Part shown: piece after piece, positions 19,475 to 28,911 of the stretch
Numbering within the stretch: position 1 is the stretch's first letter
Layout: each line of letters opens with the position of its first letter
NCBI GenBank assembly: GCA_031428275.1
Contig: JANPPC010000018.1
Location: 25,196-89,195 of the forward strand
Direction of reading: 5' to 3'
Length of the DNA: 64,000 nt
From: Bdellovibrio sp.
GTDB taxonomy: Bacteria > Bdellovibrionota > Bdellovibrionia > Bdellovibrionales > Bdellovibrionaceae
Notes under the pieces: model-generated
Seen by the model: the letters and a program-made list of their open reading frames with translations, nothing else
Database searches by the model: none
What the model was told of the DNA's origin: nothing
Program-made: the position numbers and the translations under genes

Positions 19475-20742
19475 GCTTAGACGAATCAAAAGCACGCGAA
19501 TATATCCATCAACAAACCTGCGATAACTATGATGCTTTACAGACTTGGTTTCAAGCCCAGACTAGTAAATTGGCTTACCCAATTTATTCTAGCTACGACA
19601 TTCGGGATTCGGGCTATAAGGTCACAAACGTCGATGCCAATATTTATCCTGCGGGCTTCAATAATATTTGTCCGACAGATAAAGAAACTTCGGTCGACCT
19701 ATTCAAGAAATATATCAACGTTCACTATCCTGTCGGCGTTAAGAGAATTCTTTTACTGACTGAAGAGCACACAAAGAATCCGTACTATTTAGAAAACGCA
19801 GCAACGATTGCTGATTTACTTCAGCAAGGTGGCTTTGAAGTTCGCCTAGCATTCCCTAAAGATTTGCCCGAGAATCTAATTCTTGAATCAGTCACGGGCC
19901 GAAAGCTTGAATTCGGCAGCGGGTATTCGACTTCTTCTTGGGTTAGAGATTTTAAACCCGATTTAATTATTAGTAATAATGACTTTTCATTAGAACTTGA
20001 GGAATGGGGAAACCAAATTACGGCACCGCTGAACCCACCTCGCGAACTTGGCTGGTACCAACGTAAAAAATCAAGATACTTTAAAAACTACAATCATTTG
20101 GCTAACGAATTTTCTGAAATTATTAAAATTAATCCGTCTCTAATGCGTGTTGAAACAGAAGAATTTACTGAATTTGATATCAGCAGCGATGTTAGTCGTG
20201 ATCACTTATCAAACCAAGTCGATGTTTTTTTAAAGAACTTAAAAGTTAAATACACTCAAGAAAAAATTGAACAAGAACCTTTCTGTTTTGTAAAAAATAA
20301 CTCAGGTACTTACGGTTTAGGCGTCGTTAAGGTAAGTTCGGCCCAAGAAATTAAAGATTGGACTTACAATGCACGTAAGAAGATGAAAGCCGCAAAGGGC
20401 GGCAAAACCATCGAACAGGTCATCATTCAAGAAGGCATCCCGTCGATTGTAACCTCGGGTTCTTCGGCCGCTGAGCCAGTGATTTATATGATTGGCTGCG
20501 AACTAGCCGGTGGTTTTTTAAGAACTCACGCCGAGAAGTCTTCGACCGAAAGCTTAAATTCTCCGGGCGCGGTTTATAAAAAGTTATGCGTAACTGATTT
20601 ATACGATGATCGCATGAAGTGCCCGCGTGAAAACGTTTACGGCTGGTCGGCGAAGTTAGGTCTGTTAGCAATTGGTCTTGAAGCTCAAGATATGAATATC
20701 AAGTTCGATCGCTTCACCAATGCGGCCTGTGGAAGTATTTAA
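19471..20742 (+). CDS. gshA: Glutamate--cysteine ligase (ATP-grasp GshA type)
   Basis: YSSYDIRDSGYK, VDANIYPAGFNN, KNNSGTYGLGV and IQEG; ATGA overlap gives the 19471 start. Confidence 0.85.
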   Translation: MSLDESKAREYIHQQTCDNYDALQTWFQAQTSKLAYPIYSSYDIRDSGYKVTNVDANIYPAGFNNICPTDKETSVDLFKKYINVHYPVGVKRILLLTEEHTKNPYYLENAATIADLLQQGGFEVRLAFPKDLPENLILESVTGRKLEFGSGYSTSSWVRDFKPDLIISNNDFSLELEEWGNQITAPLNPPRELGWYQRKKSRYFKNYNHLANEFSEIIKINPSLMRVETEEFTEFDISSDVSRDHLSNQVDVFLKNLKVKYTQEKIEQEPFCFVKNNSGTYGLGVVKVSSAQEIKDWTYNARKKMKAAKGGKTIEQVIIQEGIPSIVTSGSSAAEPVIYMIGCELAGGFLRTHAEKSSTESLNSPGAVYKKLCVTDLYDDRMKCPRENVYGWSAKLGLLAIGLEAQDMNIKFDRFTNAACGSI

Positions 20743-20746
20743 AAGT

Positions 20747-21187
20747 TCAAAGCTTAATCGCAACAAGTACATGCGGGCCGAACTCAAATTCAGAAGTGTC
20801 GGCGTATTTGGTAAAGCCTAAATTGTAATAAAACCCGACAGCAGTCTGTCGGGCCATGCTCCACACCATTTCAAATTTGTGGTCGCCTGCGTAGATAAAT
20901 AGATGTCGCATTAAATCTTTCGCAATACCTTGCTCGCGAAAATCGGGATGCACCCACAGTCCACGCGATCGAAGTGTTTTGTTCGAGGTCTGGTGGCAGC
21001 TGTTAACCCCCACAATTTGTCCATCGATATAGTAGCCGAAAAATACCGGAATATTTTCAAATATGGTCATATCGACTTTGCCGTTTTGATCTAGGGCGCT
21101 CGCTGGCTCGATCTTGCTTTGTCGATTGGGCCAAAGTTCGTTTTTCCAGATGGGCAAAATCATTTCAAAACTAATAGTCTTAATCAT
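20747..21187 (-). CDS. GNAT acetyltransferase (paralogue of island GNATs)
   Basis: RSRGLWVHPDFREQGIA acetyl-CoA motif A; FYYNLGF motif B. Confidence 0.85.
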   Translation of the reverse strand: MIKTISFEMILPIWKNELWPNRQSKIEPASALDQNGKVDMTIFENIPVFFGYYIDGQIVGVNSCHQTSNKTLRSRGLWVHPDFREQGIAKDLMRHLFIYAGDHKFEMVWSMARQTAVGFYYNLGFTKYADTSEFEFGPHVLVAIKL

Positions 21188-21290
21188 AGTTGGTTGCCTC
21201 CGCCTTCGACTCGCAGAAGGTCTAGCCGTGCAAAACTGAACCCACCCGCTTTTCTACAAATCATGGTACTCTGACAGTAGGAGACCAGCA

Positions 21291-21896
21291 ATGCTTTCAA
21301 AGATCAAAACTTTCGGTTTTTTTGCGTTATGCTTCGGCTTAGGAATCAGCGTGTTCTTTTCTATTTCTGAAAAATTTGATATTGCCCGCGACCCCGCCTC
21401 GATTGACGGAAAAGTATTTCAAATTTCAACTTTATCGTCTGAACAAATCAAATCACAATTATTACAGAAAATGAAAATTCGCGCGACGGTCGACGGAAAA
21501 AAATCAATTCAGTTTTCGGGATTCTCTTCAGCGTTATGTAAAACTTATCCTGATATTGAAATCGAGTTTCATGCAGAAGGCGTAGCTGTTGCCGGCGAAA
21601 CTCCAACAATGAAAATTTCGACTCCGTGCCTGGCTGGGCAAGATCCCGCCGACATGGCAGCAATTTTTTTACCGATCAAAAATATTTTAAAAGAAAAGCC
21701 ACGCAATGCTGAATATAAATTTGAAGGTTTTACCGCGAAAGTTGAATTTAAAAATGCCGCTGACGAATGGCCCCGTGATTGGGTTTTAACTAAAGTGCTG
21801 TTTAAGAACAGCTTCGGTAATGATAAATCGATTTTTTTCGACAAGGTGCTCGCCGCAGATCACTCCGGCGAACATCCACTAATCTTGAATTTTTAA
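21291..21896 (+). CDS. Membrane-anchored hypothetical protein
   Basis: N-terminal TM segment followed by RDPAS; SD aggag upstream. Confidence 0.7.
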   Translation: MLSKIKTFGFFALCFGLGISVFFSISEKFDIARDPASIDGKVFQISTLSSEQIKSQLLQKMKIRATVDGKKSIQFSGFSSALCKTYPDIEIEFHAEGVAVAGETPTMKISTPCLAGQDPADMAAIFLPIKNILKEKPRNAEYKFEGFTAKVEFKNAADEWPRDWVLTKVLFKNSFGNDKSIFFDKVLAADHSGEHPLILNF

Positions 21897-21913
21897 TAAG
21901 CTAAACTTTTAAA

Positions 21914-23434
21914 CTAGCCAACGTATTGCTTAGCGATTTCTACAAACGTACGAACCATCACGCCCGTAGCACCTTTGCCTGAGCAATAGTTTAAACGATT
22001 ACCACAAGCCCATCCTGTACCGGCAATATCAAAGTGAGCCCAAGGTATGTCTGCATCAACAAACTGTTCCAAGAAAGCCGCAGCCGTTGCCGAGCCTGCA
22101 CCGCCTGCGCTTGATGTATTCGACAGATCAGCGTAAGTGCCTTTCATATCTTTAACGTGAGAATCATTTAATGGCATATTCCAGACAAGTTCACCTGATT
22201 GTGCAGCTGCTTTTTCAATTTTAGTTTTGAAAGACGCATTACGGGTAAAGTAGCCCGTATGCACATTACCTAAAGCAACAACCATTGCGCCCGTTAATGT
22301 AGCGGTATCAACGATGAACTGAGGCTTTTGTTCAGATGCGTAAACCAAAGCGTCAGATAAGATCAAACGGCCTTCAGCATCCGTATTATTGATTTCAAAA
22401 GTTTTACCATTACGCGCTGTATGCACATCGCCCGGCTTTGTCGCGCGGCTACCTGGCATATTTTCGGTCGCTGGAACGTAAGCGATAACATTTACTTTTA
22501 ATTTCAACTGAGAAATGGCAAGCATGGTACCAATAACGGCCGCACCACCGCACATATCATATTTCATTTCTTCCATTTTAGCGCTTGGTTTAATGCTGAT
22601 ACCGCCCGTATCGAAAGTTAAACCTTTGCCCACAAAGGCGATTGGTTTCTTCGTTGCGGCTGCACCACGATATTCCATAACGATAAATCGTGGCTCTTCG
22701 GCAGAGCCACGCGCAACTCCTAATAAGCCGCCCATGTTTTCTTTTTCGATACGTTTTTTATCCCAAGCTGTTACTTTTAGTGAAGTTCCTTTAGCGGCCG
22801 CAATTGTTTCGTTAGCCAGAATGGTTGGCGTCATCAAGTTACCTGGCATATCACCCAAACGTTTTGCGAAGTTCGTGCATGCAGCTAAAATAGTGCCTTC
22901 ATTGAAAGCCGCTACGATCGCTTTGTCTTTACCTGATTTAGTAACTAAGTGGGCTTGCATGACTTCGGTTTTCTTTTTGTCGCCCGTTTTTAATTCGTCA
23001 AAAGCGTAAGCGCAAAGGTGTAAACCTTCGACGAAAGCTTGAGTGTACTCTGCTAGGTCAGCCTTACTGCCAGAGATTCCGTCTAAGTGAATGAATAATT
23101 CTTTAGTTTTGATCGATTTCGCTTCTTTATACAATGAAGCCGCTGCTTGACGTACAACTTCGTGATTCATCTTATTTTCTGCGCCTAAACCAACGCTAAT
23201 AACATTTCTGAACCCTAAAAAGCGCGCTTCGCGAAAACTAAGAACTTCGCTATGTGCGCCGGTTAAAATTTTGTCTTCTAAAGCGCTATCTAAAGCTTTT
23301 GATGTTTCGGCGTGTGTGATTTTGGCCGGCTTGTCTTTTGCCGCGTTCGGCTTCGTGAAAACAACTAGTGTTTCACCGTTTAAAGTTGAAATTTCTTTTG
23401 CGTGTAAGTGAACTTGAATATTTGTCATGGTCAA
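21914..23434 (-). CDS. pepA: M17 leucyl aminopeptidase
   Basis: VGKGLTFDTGG, MKYDMCG and NTDAEGRL. Confidence 0.95.
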   Translation of the reverse strand: MTMTNIQVHLHAKEISTLNGETLVVFTKPNAAKDKPAKITHAETSKALDSALEDKILTGAHSEVLSFREARFLGFRNVISVGLGAENKMNHEVVRQAAASLYKEAKSIKTKELFIHLDGISGSKADLAEYTQAFVEGLHLCAYAFDELKTGDKKKTEVMQAHLVTKSGKDKAIVAAFNEGTILAACTNFAKRLGDMPGNLMTPTILANETIAAAKGTSLKVTAWDKKRIEKENMGGLLGVARGSAEEPRFIVMEYRGAAATKKPIAFVGKGLTFDTGGISIKPSAKMEEMKYDMCGGAAVIGTMLAISQLKLKVNVIAYVPATENMPGSRATKPGDVHTARNGKTFEINNTDAEGRLILSDALVYASEQKPQFIVDTATLTGAMVVALGNVHTGYFTRNASFKTKIEKAAAQSGELVWNMPLNDSHVKDMKGTYADLSNTSSAGGAGSATAAAFLEQFVDADIPWAHFDIAGTGWACGNRLNYCSGKGATGVMVRTFVEIAKQYVG

Positions 23435-23686
23435 AGGACTCCTTTTAACTTATTTATCAGGAAATTATGCTCCCAATGAGGCCGTTTCATCAATCAATAA
23501 CCCTTGGAATAGCTTGCAAAAACCCGTCTTATTTTGAGAAACTGAATCATAAATATTCACATCGCTACAAACTCGACTAGACTTGCTGTGTTAATTCATC
23601 TTCTGTTCGTAGAAACTTAAAGAATCTAAGAGATTAAGCCGAATTTGAATTGTAACGCTCACCAACCACTTGCTACAGGAGACGCC

Positions 23687-24295
23687 GTGCCGATTTTACC
23701 TTATGTCATTGAACAAACCTCAAAAGGCGAACGCTCTTACGATATTTATTCGCGCTTACTTAAAGATCGCATTGTGATTTTGGGTACCGCAGTCACAGAC
23801 GAAGTTGCAAACGCAATCATCGCGCAGATTCTATTTCTTGAAGTAGAAAATCCAGAAAAAGATATTCATTTTTATATCAACTCACCAGGCGGCAGCGTCA
23901 CGGCGGGTTTAGCTATCTATGACTTTATGCAATTCGTAAAATGTGATGTCGCAACTTATTGTATGGGTATGGCTGCCAGTATGGGTTCATTACTTTTACA
24001 AGCTGGTACCAAGGGCAAACGTTATGCAATGCCGAATTCAAGAATTATGATACACCAGCCCTTGCTACACGGGGGCGGCCTATCTGGCCAAGTTACAGAT
24101 ATAGAAATTCATGCTAGAGAATTAGTAAAAACAAAAGAAAAATTAACCCGAATCTACGAAGCTCACACCGGTAAAGACTACGAAACGTTATACAAAGCTA
24201 TGGAGCGCGATAACTTTATGGATGTTGAAGCGGCAAAAGAGTACGGACTTTTAGATCATATCGTGCAATCTCGTAAATCGAAGAAGGATAAGTAA
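23687..24295 (+). CDS. clpP: ATP-dependent Clp protease proteolytic subunit
   Basis: [24 protein letters not shown] and IMIHQP; GTG start after aggag SD. Confidence 0.97.
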   Translation: MPILPYVIEQTSKGERSYDIYSRLLKDRIVILGTAVTDEVANAIIAQILFLEVENPEKDIHFYINSPGGSVTAGLAIYDFMQFVKCDVATYCMGMAASMGSLLLQAGTKGKRYAMPNSRIMIHQPLLHGGGLSGQVTDIEIHARELVKTKEKLTRIYEAHTGKDYETLYKAMERDNFMDVEAAKEYGLLDHIVQSRKSKKDK

Positions 24296-24298
24296 ACT

Positions 24299-25591
24299 AT
24301 GTCGACTCCTACCAACTCATCATTGCGTTGTTCATTCTGCGGTAAAGGGCAAAAAGAAGTAAAAAAACTAATTGCGGGTCCCGGAGTTTATATCTGCGAC
24401 GAGTGCATTGACCTATGCATGGATATCATTGACGAAGAAAAAGACAAAGAAGTAGCTGTTAAAGGCGCTTTCCGCGTGCCGAAACCAATGGAAATTAAAG
24501 CCTTTTTAGATGACTACGTCATCGGGCAACTGCAAGCGAAAAAAACGATAGCCGTGGCCGTACACAATCACTATAAACGTGTGAATGCTTTAGCTAATAA
24601 AAAAGTTTCAGACGTTGAATTACAAAAATCAAATATTTTACTGATCGGGCCGACGGGGTCAGGTAAAACTTTAATTGCACAAACAATTGCACGAATTTTG
24701 AATGTTCCGTTTGCAATGGCTGATGCGACAACCTTAACCGAAGCCGGTTACGTTGGTGAAGATGTTGAAAATGTCGTACTTAATTTATTACAAGCGGCTG
24801 ATTACGATATCGAAAAAGCTAAGCGTGGAATTATCTACGTAGATGAAATCGATAAAATTTCTCGTAAATCAGAAAACCCATCGATAACCCGCGACGTCAG
24901 CGGCGAAGGTGTACAGCAAGCCCTACTAAAAATTCTAGAGGGTACTGTTGCCAATCTTCCACCCAAGGGCGGACGTAAGCACCCCCAACAAGAATTTATT
25001 CAAGTTGATACGACAAACATACTATTTATATGCGGCGGAGCATTCGCGGGTCTAGATAAGATCATTGAAAACCGCACAACTAATAAATCTATGGGAATTA
25101 GCGGTAACGTTAATTCAAGTAATGATGAGGTTACCGAGCATTTACTTTCTAAAGTAGAGCCCGATGACTTATCAAAGTTTGGTCTAATCCCCGAGTTCAT
25201 CGGTCGTTTACCTGTGATCGCCACACTAGCTCCATTAAATGAAAGTGCTTTAACAGATATCTTAACTCGCCCTAAAAATGCGGTTATCAAGCAGTATCAA
25301 AAGCTTTTCTCATTCGAGAATGTTGATTTAAAATTTACAGATGCGGCTTTGAAGGCAATAGCTCAAGAGGCTTTAAAACGTAAAACCGGTGCCCGCGGTC
25401 TTCGTGGTGTAATCGAATCTTCAATGCTAGATGTGATGTTTGACATCCCGGGCATGACGAACGTGAAAGAAGTTGTTATCGACGACAAAGTGATCCGCGA
25501 AGGCTCACAGCCTATGATGGTTTACTACACTGATGAAGAAATGAAATCCCGCGCGGAAGCTGAGAAGAAGAAGCAAAGCGAAAGCGCGTAA
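24299..25591 (+). CDS. clpX: Clp protease ATP-binding subunit ClpX
   Basis: CSFCGK zinc finger, [19 protein letters not shown] and TGARGLR. Confidence 0.97.
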   Translation: MSTPTNSSLRCSFCGKGQKEVKKLIAGPGVYICDECIDLCMDIIDEEKDKEVAVKGAFRVPKPMEIKAFLDDYVIGQLQAKKTIAVAVHNHYKRVNALANKKVSDVELQKSNILLIGPTGSGKTLIAQTIARILNVPFAMADATTLTEAGYVGEDVENVVLNLLQAADYDIEKAKRGIIYVDEIDKISRKSENPSITRDVSGEGVQQALLKILEGTVANLPPKGGRKHPQQEFIQVDTTNILFICGGAFAGLDKIIENRTTNKSMGISGNVNSSNDEVTEHLLSKVEPDDLSKFGLIPEFIGRLPVIATLAPLNESALTDILTRPKNAVIKQYQKLFSFENVDLKFTDAALKAIAQEALKRKTGARGLRGVIESSMLDVMFDIPGMTNVKEVVIDDKVIREGSQPMMVYYTDEEMKSRAEAEKKKQSESA

Positions 25592-25614
25592 GGTTTAAGA
25601 AAAATTCATGTCTA

Positions 25615-25646
25615 CGCCCGCCATTAAATTGCGGGCGGCCAGTTTT
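25615..25646 (+). terminator. Putative terminator after clpX
   Basis: cgcccgc...gcgggcg stem followed by gtttt. Confidence 0.5.
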
Positions 25647-25651
25647 AAAAT

Positions 25652-27196
25652 CTAAGAAGCTGAATGTTTTTTTGGCTTTTTAACAGCGACCGGTTTATTC
25701 GAATTTTTTGCAGTTAGCTTTTTATTTGTCGGTACTTTTGTAGAACTAGAAGGTGCCACAATACCGATTGGTGGCGCCAGTCTATTTACAACAAGTAGCG
25801 GAACGTCAGCCAGTTTGACCGGCTTAACTTCTTCGCTAATTGTTTCAATTAAGTCAGCTTCGCTTCCGTCTTCGTCGAATTTTTCAGTATCGTAAATTTT
25901 AATTTTATAATCGATCGGGTTTGGCCCGCCAAATTGTTTAGTTTCAATTAGTTTATTCAAATGCTGGGCTATGATTGCACGGCTTCGAGCCGCATCTGCG
26001 CTTCCCGAATTACGCCCTTTACCTTTGCGACCTGAAGCCGGAGAAGTTTCAACGTTATAAAAGAAAAAATGGTTTCCCGTTTTGGCAGAAATCATTCCGG
26101 CTAAGGTAATATTTGTTCCGACTGTGCCGGTTTTAGCAATAACACTTAATCGAGTCGCCGGCGTTACATATTTGCCACTAAAAGTACTTCCGATATCTCC
26201 GCCGATGACTGCCAAAGCATCTTCAAGCTTTGAATTTTGCTTTTCTAAATTCTTTTTAAGACCGTTTAATGCGCGTAGCACACTTGTGCAAGTCGCTTCG
26301 TTATAAAGACGGCCATTCAAATCTGCATTTTGGCCTGAACCATTTATAAAACGTAAATCTCTTTCAGAAAATCTCATTGTGCCGTGGAAAAATTCATTAA
26401 ATTTTTCTAAGCCACCTGCTAACAAAAGCATTTTATCAGAGGCGTGGTTATTCGACTTCCAATTCATTAACTTTACTTGATGTAATAAATCAGGCGACGC
26501 AATAAATGCTTTTTTGGCTTTCTTCGGAATTCTAAATTCACTAGATGTAACCGCTCTGATTTTTTTAGGATTGAATACAAGGTGCTTCACTAAAGAAATA
26601 CCATCTTTCGCCGCAGCCGCTCGAGTCACGTTATAATTTGCTAAGATGAAGGCTTTATTTTCAAGTTGAAACTTAACCGCAGCCGGAAGTGGCCCCGCCA
26701 GATCATTTTTACCAGCTACCGGATCATAGAATAGTCTTTGAGATTTCTTTTTATTGGTATCGGGATCTGTGTATATTCCACTGACGCGAAATGCTTTTTC
26801 AGTTAAATGTAAATATTTAAAATTTTCATCGAAAGTTAAATTATTTATTTTAGTTACGCCTACTTCATTCAATTTAGAGATCAACCACTGCATAGATTCG
26901 CGGTTAAAATAAGGCTCCATGCCGCCTTGAATATGCACGTCGTGGGTGCCATCACCAAGGTCAGTATAATAAAACTGGGTATACACTTTTCGAGTGACCG
27001 GAATTTGGGTAATCGCAAATAGACTAGTAAACACTTTCGATACCGAAGCGATCGGTAAACGCTCATCAACGTTTATACCTGTTACTTCGCCGCCTTTCTC
27101 TGGCACCGTACAAAAGCTTTTAAGCTTTGCAGCATGTGCATTGTTCGCGAGAAGTCCCACGCTTAATAAAAATCCCATGAGTGTTTGAAGCTTCAT
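25652..27196 (-). CDS. dacB: D-Ala-D-Ala carboxy/endopeptidase (peptidase S13, DacB/PBP4-like), exported
   Basis: SVSK (SxxK), SNN (SxN) and KTGT motifs; signal peptide from MKLQTLMG (start 27196). Confidence 0.8.
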   Translation of the reverse strand: MKLQTLMGFLLSVGLLANNAHAAKLKSFCTVPEKGGEVTGINVDERLPIASVSKVFTSLFAITQIPVTRKVYTQFYYTDLGDGTHDVHIQGGMEPYFNRESMQWLISKLNEVGVTKINNLTFDENFKYLHLTEKAFRVSGIYTDPDTNKKKSQRLFYDPVAGKNDLAGPLPAAVKFQLENKAFILANYNVTRAAAAKDGISLVKHLVFNPKKIRAVTSSEFRIPKKAKKAFIASPDLLHQVKLMNWKSNNHASDKMLLLAGGLEKFNEFFHGTMRFSERDLRFINGSGQNADLNGRLYNEATCTSVLRALNGLKKNLEKQNSKLEDALAVIGGDIGSTFSGKYVTPATRLSVIAKTGTVGTNITLAGMISAKTGNHFFFYNVETSPASGRKGKGRNSGSADAARSRAIIAQHLNKLIETKQFGGPNPIDYKIKIYDTEKFDEDGSEADLIETISEEVKPVKLADVPLLVVNRLAPPIGIVAPSSSTKVPTNKKLTAKNSNKPVAVKKPKKHSAS

Positions 27197-27470
27197 TCCG
27201 TACCACCTGTTTGTTGCTGCTAGGTGTCTCATTGCAAGACTGTGAACAGGCTTCAAATACAATATACAGCTGCTAAGACTATTTTCATGAAAAAAAAATG
27301 TAAATGAACTGTAACTTGTTAGACACTTTACCAAATTGGGCTTTTATTCAATGAAACAGCCAGAAACAGTTAAAAAAAATTCAACCGTTAAACCCCCATT
27401 CTTATGAAGATTTAACTCATTTTTAATATTGAACGGACGTGTTCTAAGACGCTATTATTAAAAAGAAAAC

Positions 27471-28388
27471 ATGAAACTTCAGCTAACAGACCAAAACCAC
27501 TTTAAATTTGGCTATAACAACAGATTTTTTAACTTTCGAGAAAAATCGACTGATCAATGGTGCGTTAGCTACGGCAGATGCCACCGAGAACCTCTTTCGT
27601 TCAAAGAAGAATGTATTGAAACTGCAAAGAAAATCGAGACAGCTACGAAGCTTCCAATTTGGTTACTTTTTTCTGGCGGAGCCGATAGCGAAGTCGTGCT
27701 GAGATCTTTTTTAATGGCAAAAGTTGCATTTAAAATCGCAATTATGAGGTTTAAGTTTGATCTTAATCTACATGATATTTCAATTGCTGTTAAAATTTGC
27801 GAGCAGCTTGGCTTAAAATACTATTTTTTTGATCTTGATTTGATGGACTTCTGGCATACCAGCCTACTTGATTATACTGAGCCAACCTATTGCATCACTC
27901 CTTTATTGGCGCCACATATGTGGTTGATTGATCAACTGGATGGCTACCCGGTTCTTGGCAGCGGAGAGTGTTTGCTCGTAAAGGATCGTCCACACGACTA
28001 TACGCCAGGCGTAAGTCCCTACGAAGTTTCACAATGGCAGCTCTTCGAGAAAGAAAAAATCGCCGCTTGGTATCGTCACTTGATGCATCGTAATCGCGAA
28101 GGCTGTGCTGGTTTTTTTCAGTACACTCCGGAAATTTTGCTATCGTACTTAAGGGATCCTTTTGTTGAAAACCTAACAAGTTGCAAAATCATCGGAAAGC
28201 TATCAAGCGTTTCATCTAAACTTAAAATTTATCAGCAATATTTTGATATTGAGAATAAAGAAAAATACCACGGTTTCGAGCAAGTAAACGAAAGCAAATT
28301 CCGCGAAGCGTTACTTCTACTAAATCCGCATGCCGATGAAATCGCAAAAACACCAGTCACAAAACTGATTAGGCAATTGAGCTTCTAA
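27471..28388 (+). CDS. PP-loop (SGGxDS) adenine-nucleotide alpha-hydrolase-like protein, paralogue 1
   Basis: LFSGGADSE; shares NHFKFGY, GSGECL, EKEKIAAWY and GFFQYTPE with 38950 and (in part) 39917. Confidence 0.7.
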   Translation: MKLQLTDQNHFKFGYNNRFFNFREKSTDQWCVSYGRCHREPLSFKEECIETAKKIETATKLPIWLLFSGGADSEVVLRSFLMAKVAFKIAIMRFKFDLNLHDISIAVKICEQLGLKYYFFDLDLMDFWHTSLLDYTEPTYCITPLLAPHMWLIDQLDGYPVLGSGECLLVKDRPHDYTPGVSPYEVSQWQLFEKEKIAAWYRHLMHRNREGCAGFFQYTPEILLSYLRDPFVENLTSCKIIGKLSSVSSKLKIYQQYFDIENKEKYHGFEQVNESKFREALLLLNPHADEIAKTPVTKLIRQLSF

Positions 28389-28478
28389 TTGCGTGACGCA
28401 AATTCGAACCAAGTCTTAATTTTCTTCCGATAACCATATTTAAGATTACAATCTTAATATTTCGTCATAGCCTCAGCT

Positions 28479-28820
28479 GTGTCTCTTAAAGATATATTTA
28501 GATCAAATACAGCCTATTTTGTGCCTTTGCAGCTAATAAGTAGTTTTATATTGATCAGCTATTCTATTTTTTTCTCATTTCAATCTTTTTGGATACTCGC
28601 CGGATTGGTCGCTTATTTTTTAACTGGCTGCCTTGGCACAACTCTTACATTTCATCGATATTTGAGTCATCAAAGCTTCAAAATGAACCGCTGGTTTGAA
28701 TACGTATTTAGCTTTCTGGGTTGCATGGGTGGCACAGGTTCTTCAATCGGCTGGGTTGCCGTTCACAAGCAGCACCACTCAAAAACTGACACAGCGTTAG
28801 ATCCACACAGTCCGGGGTGA
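28479..28820 (+). pseudogene. Truncated acyl-CoA/lipid desaturase
   Basis: His boxes 1 (HRYLSH) and 2 (HKQHH) then DPHSPG-stop; third His box absent. About half the length of the intact paralogue at 42914. Confidence 0.8.
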
Positions 28821-28911
28821 GGTTACCCTGTTTTTTAATCGAATTGAAGCATGCGCTCTCCGCCATTCTATCGGCAGATCATTCATGACCACTTTCGTAA
28901 TACACACAAAT

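Noticed and set aside
59-25290. Short antisense or alternate-frame ORFs overlapping core genes (e.g. 59-406, 1037-1270, 16921-17229, 22515-23009, 25000-25290)
   Set aside because: Fully nested in well-supported genes, with no RBS or motif support.
27197-27334. N-terminal 46-aa extension of the DacB ORF
   Set aside because: The signal peptide begins at Met47 (27196); the extension looks like intergenic sequence.
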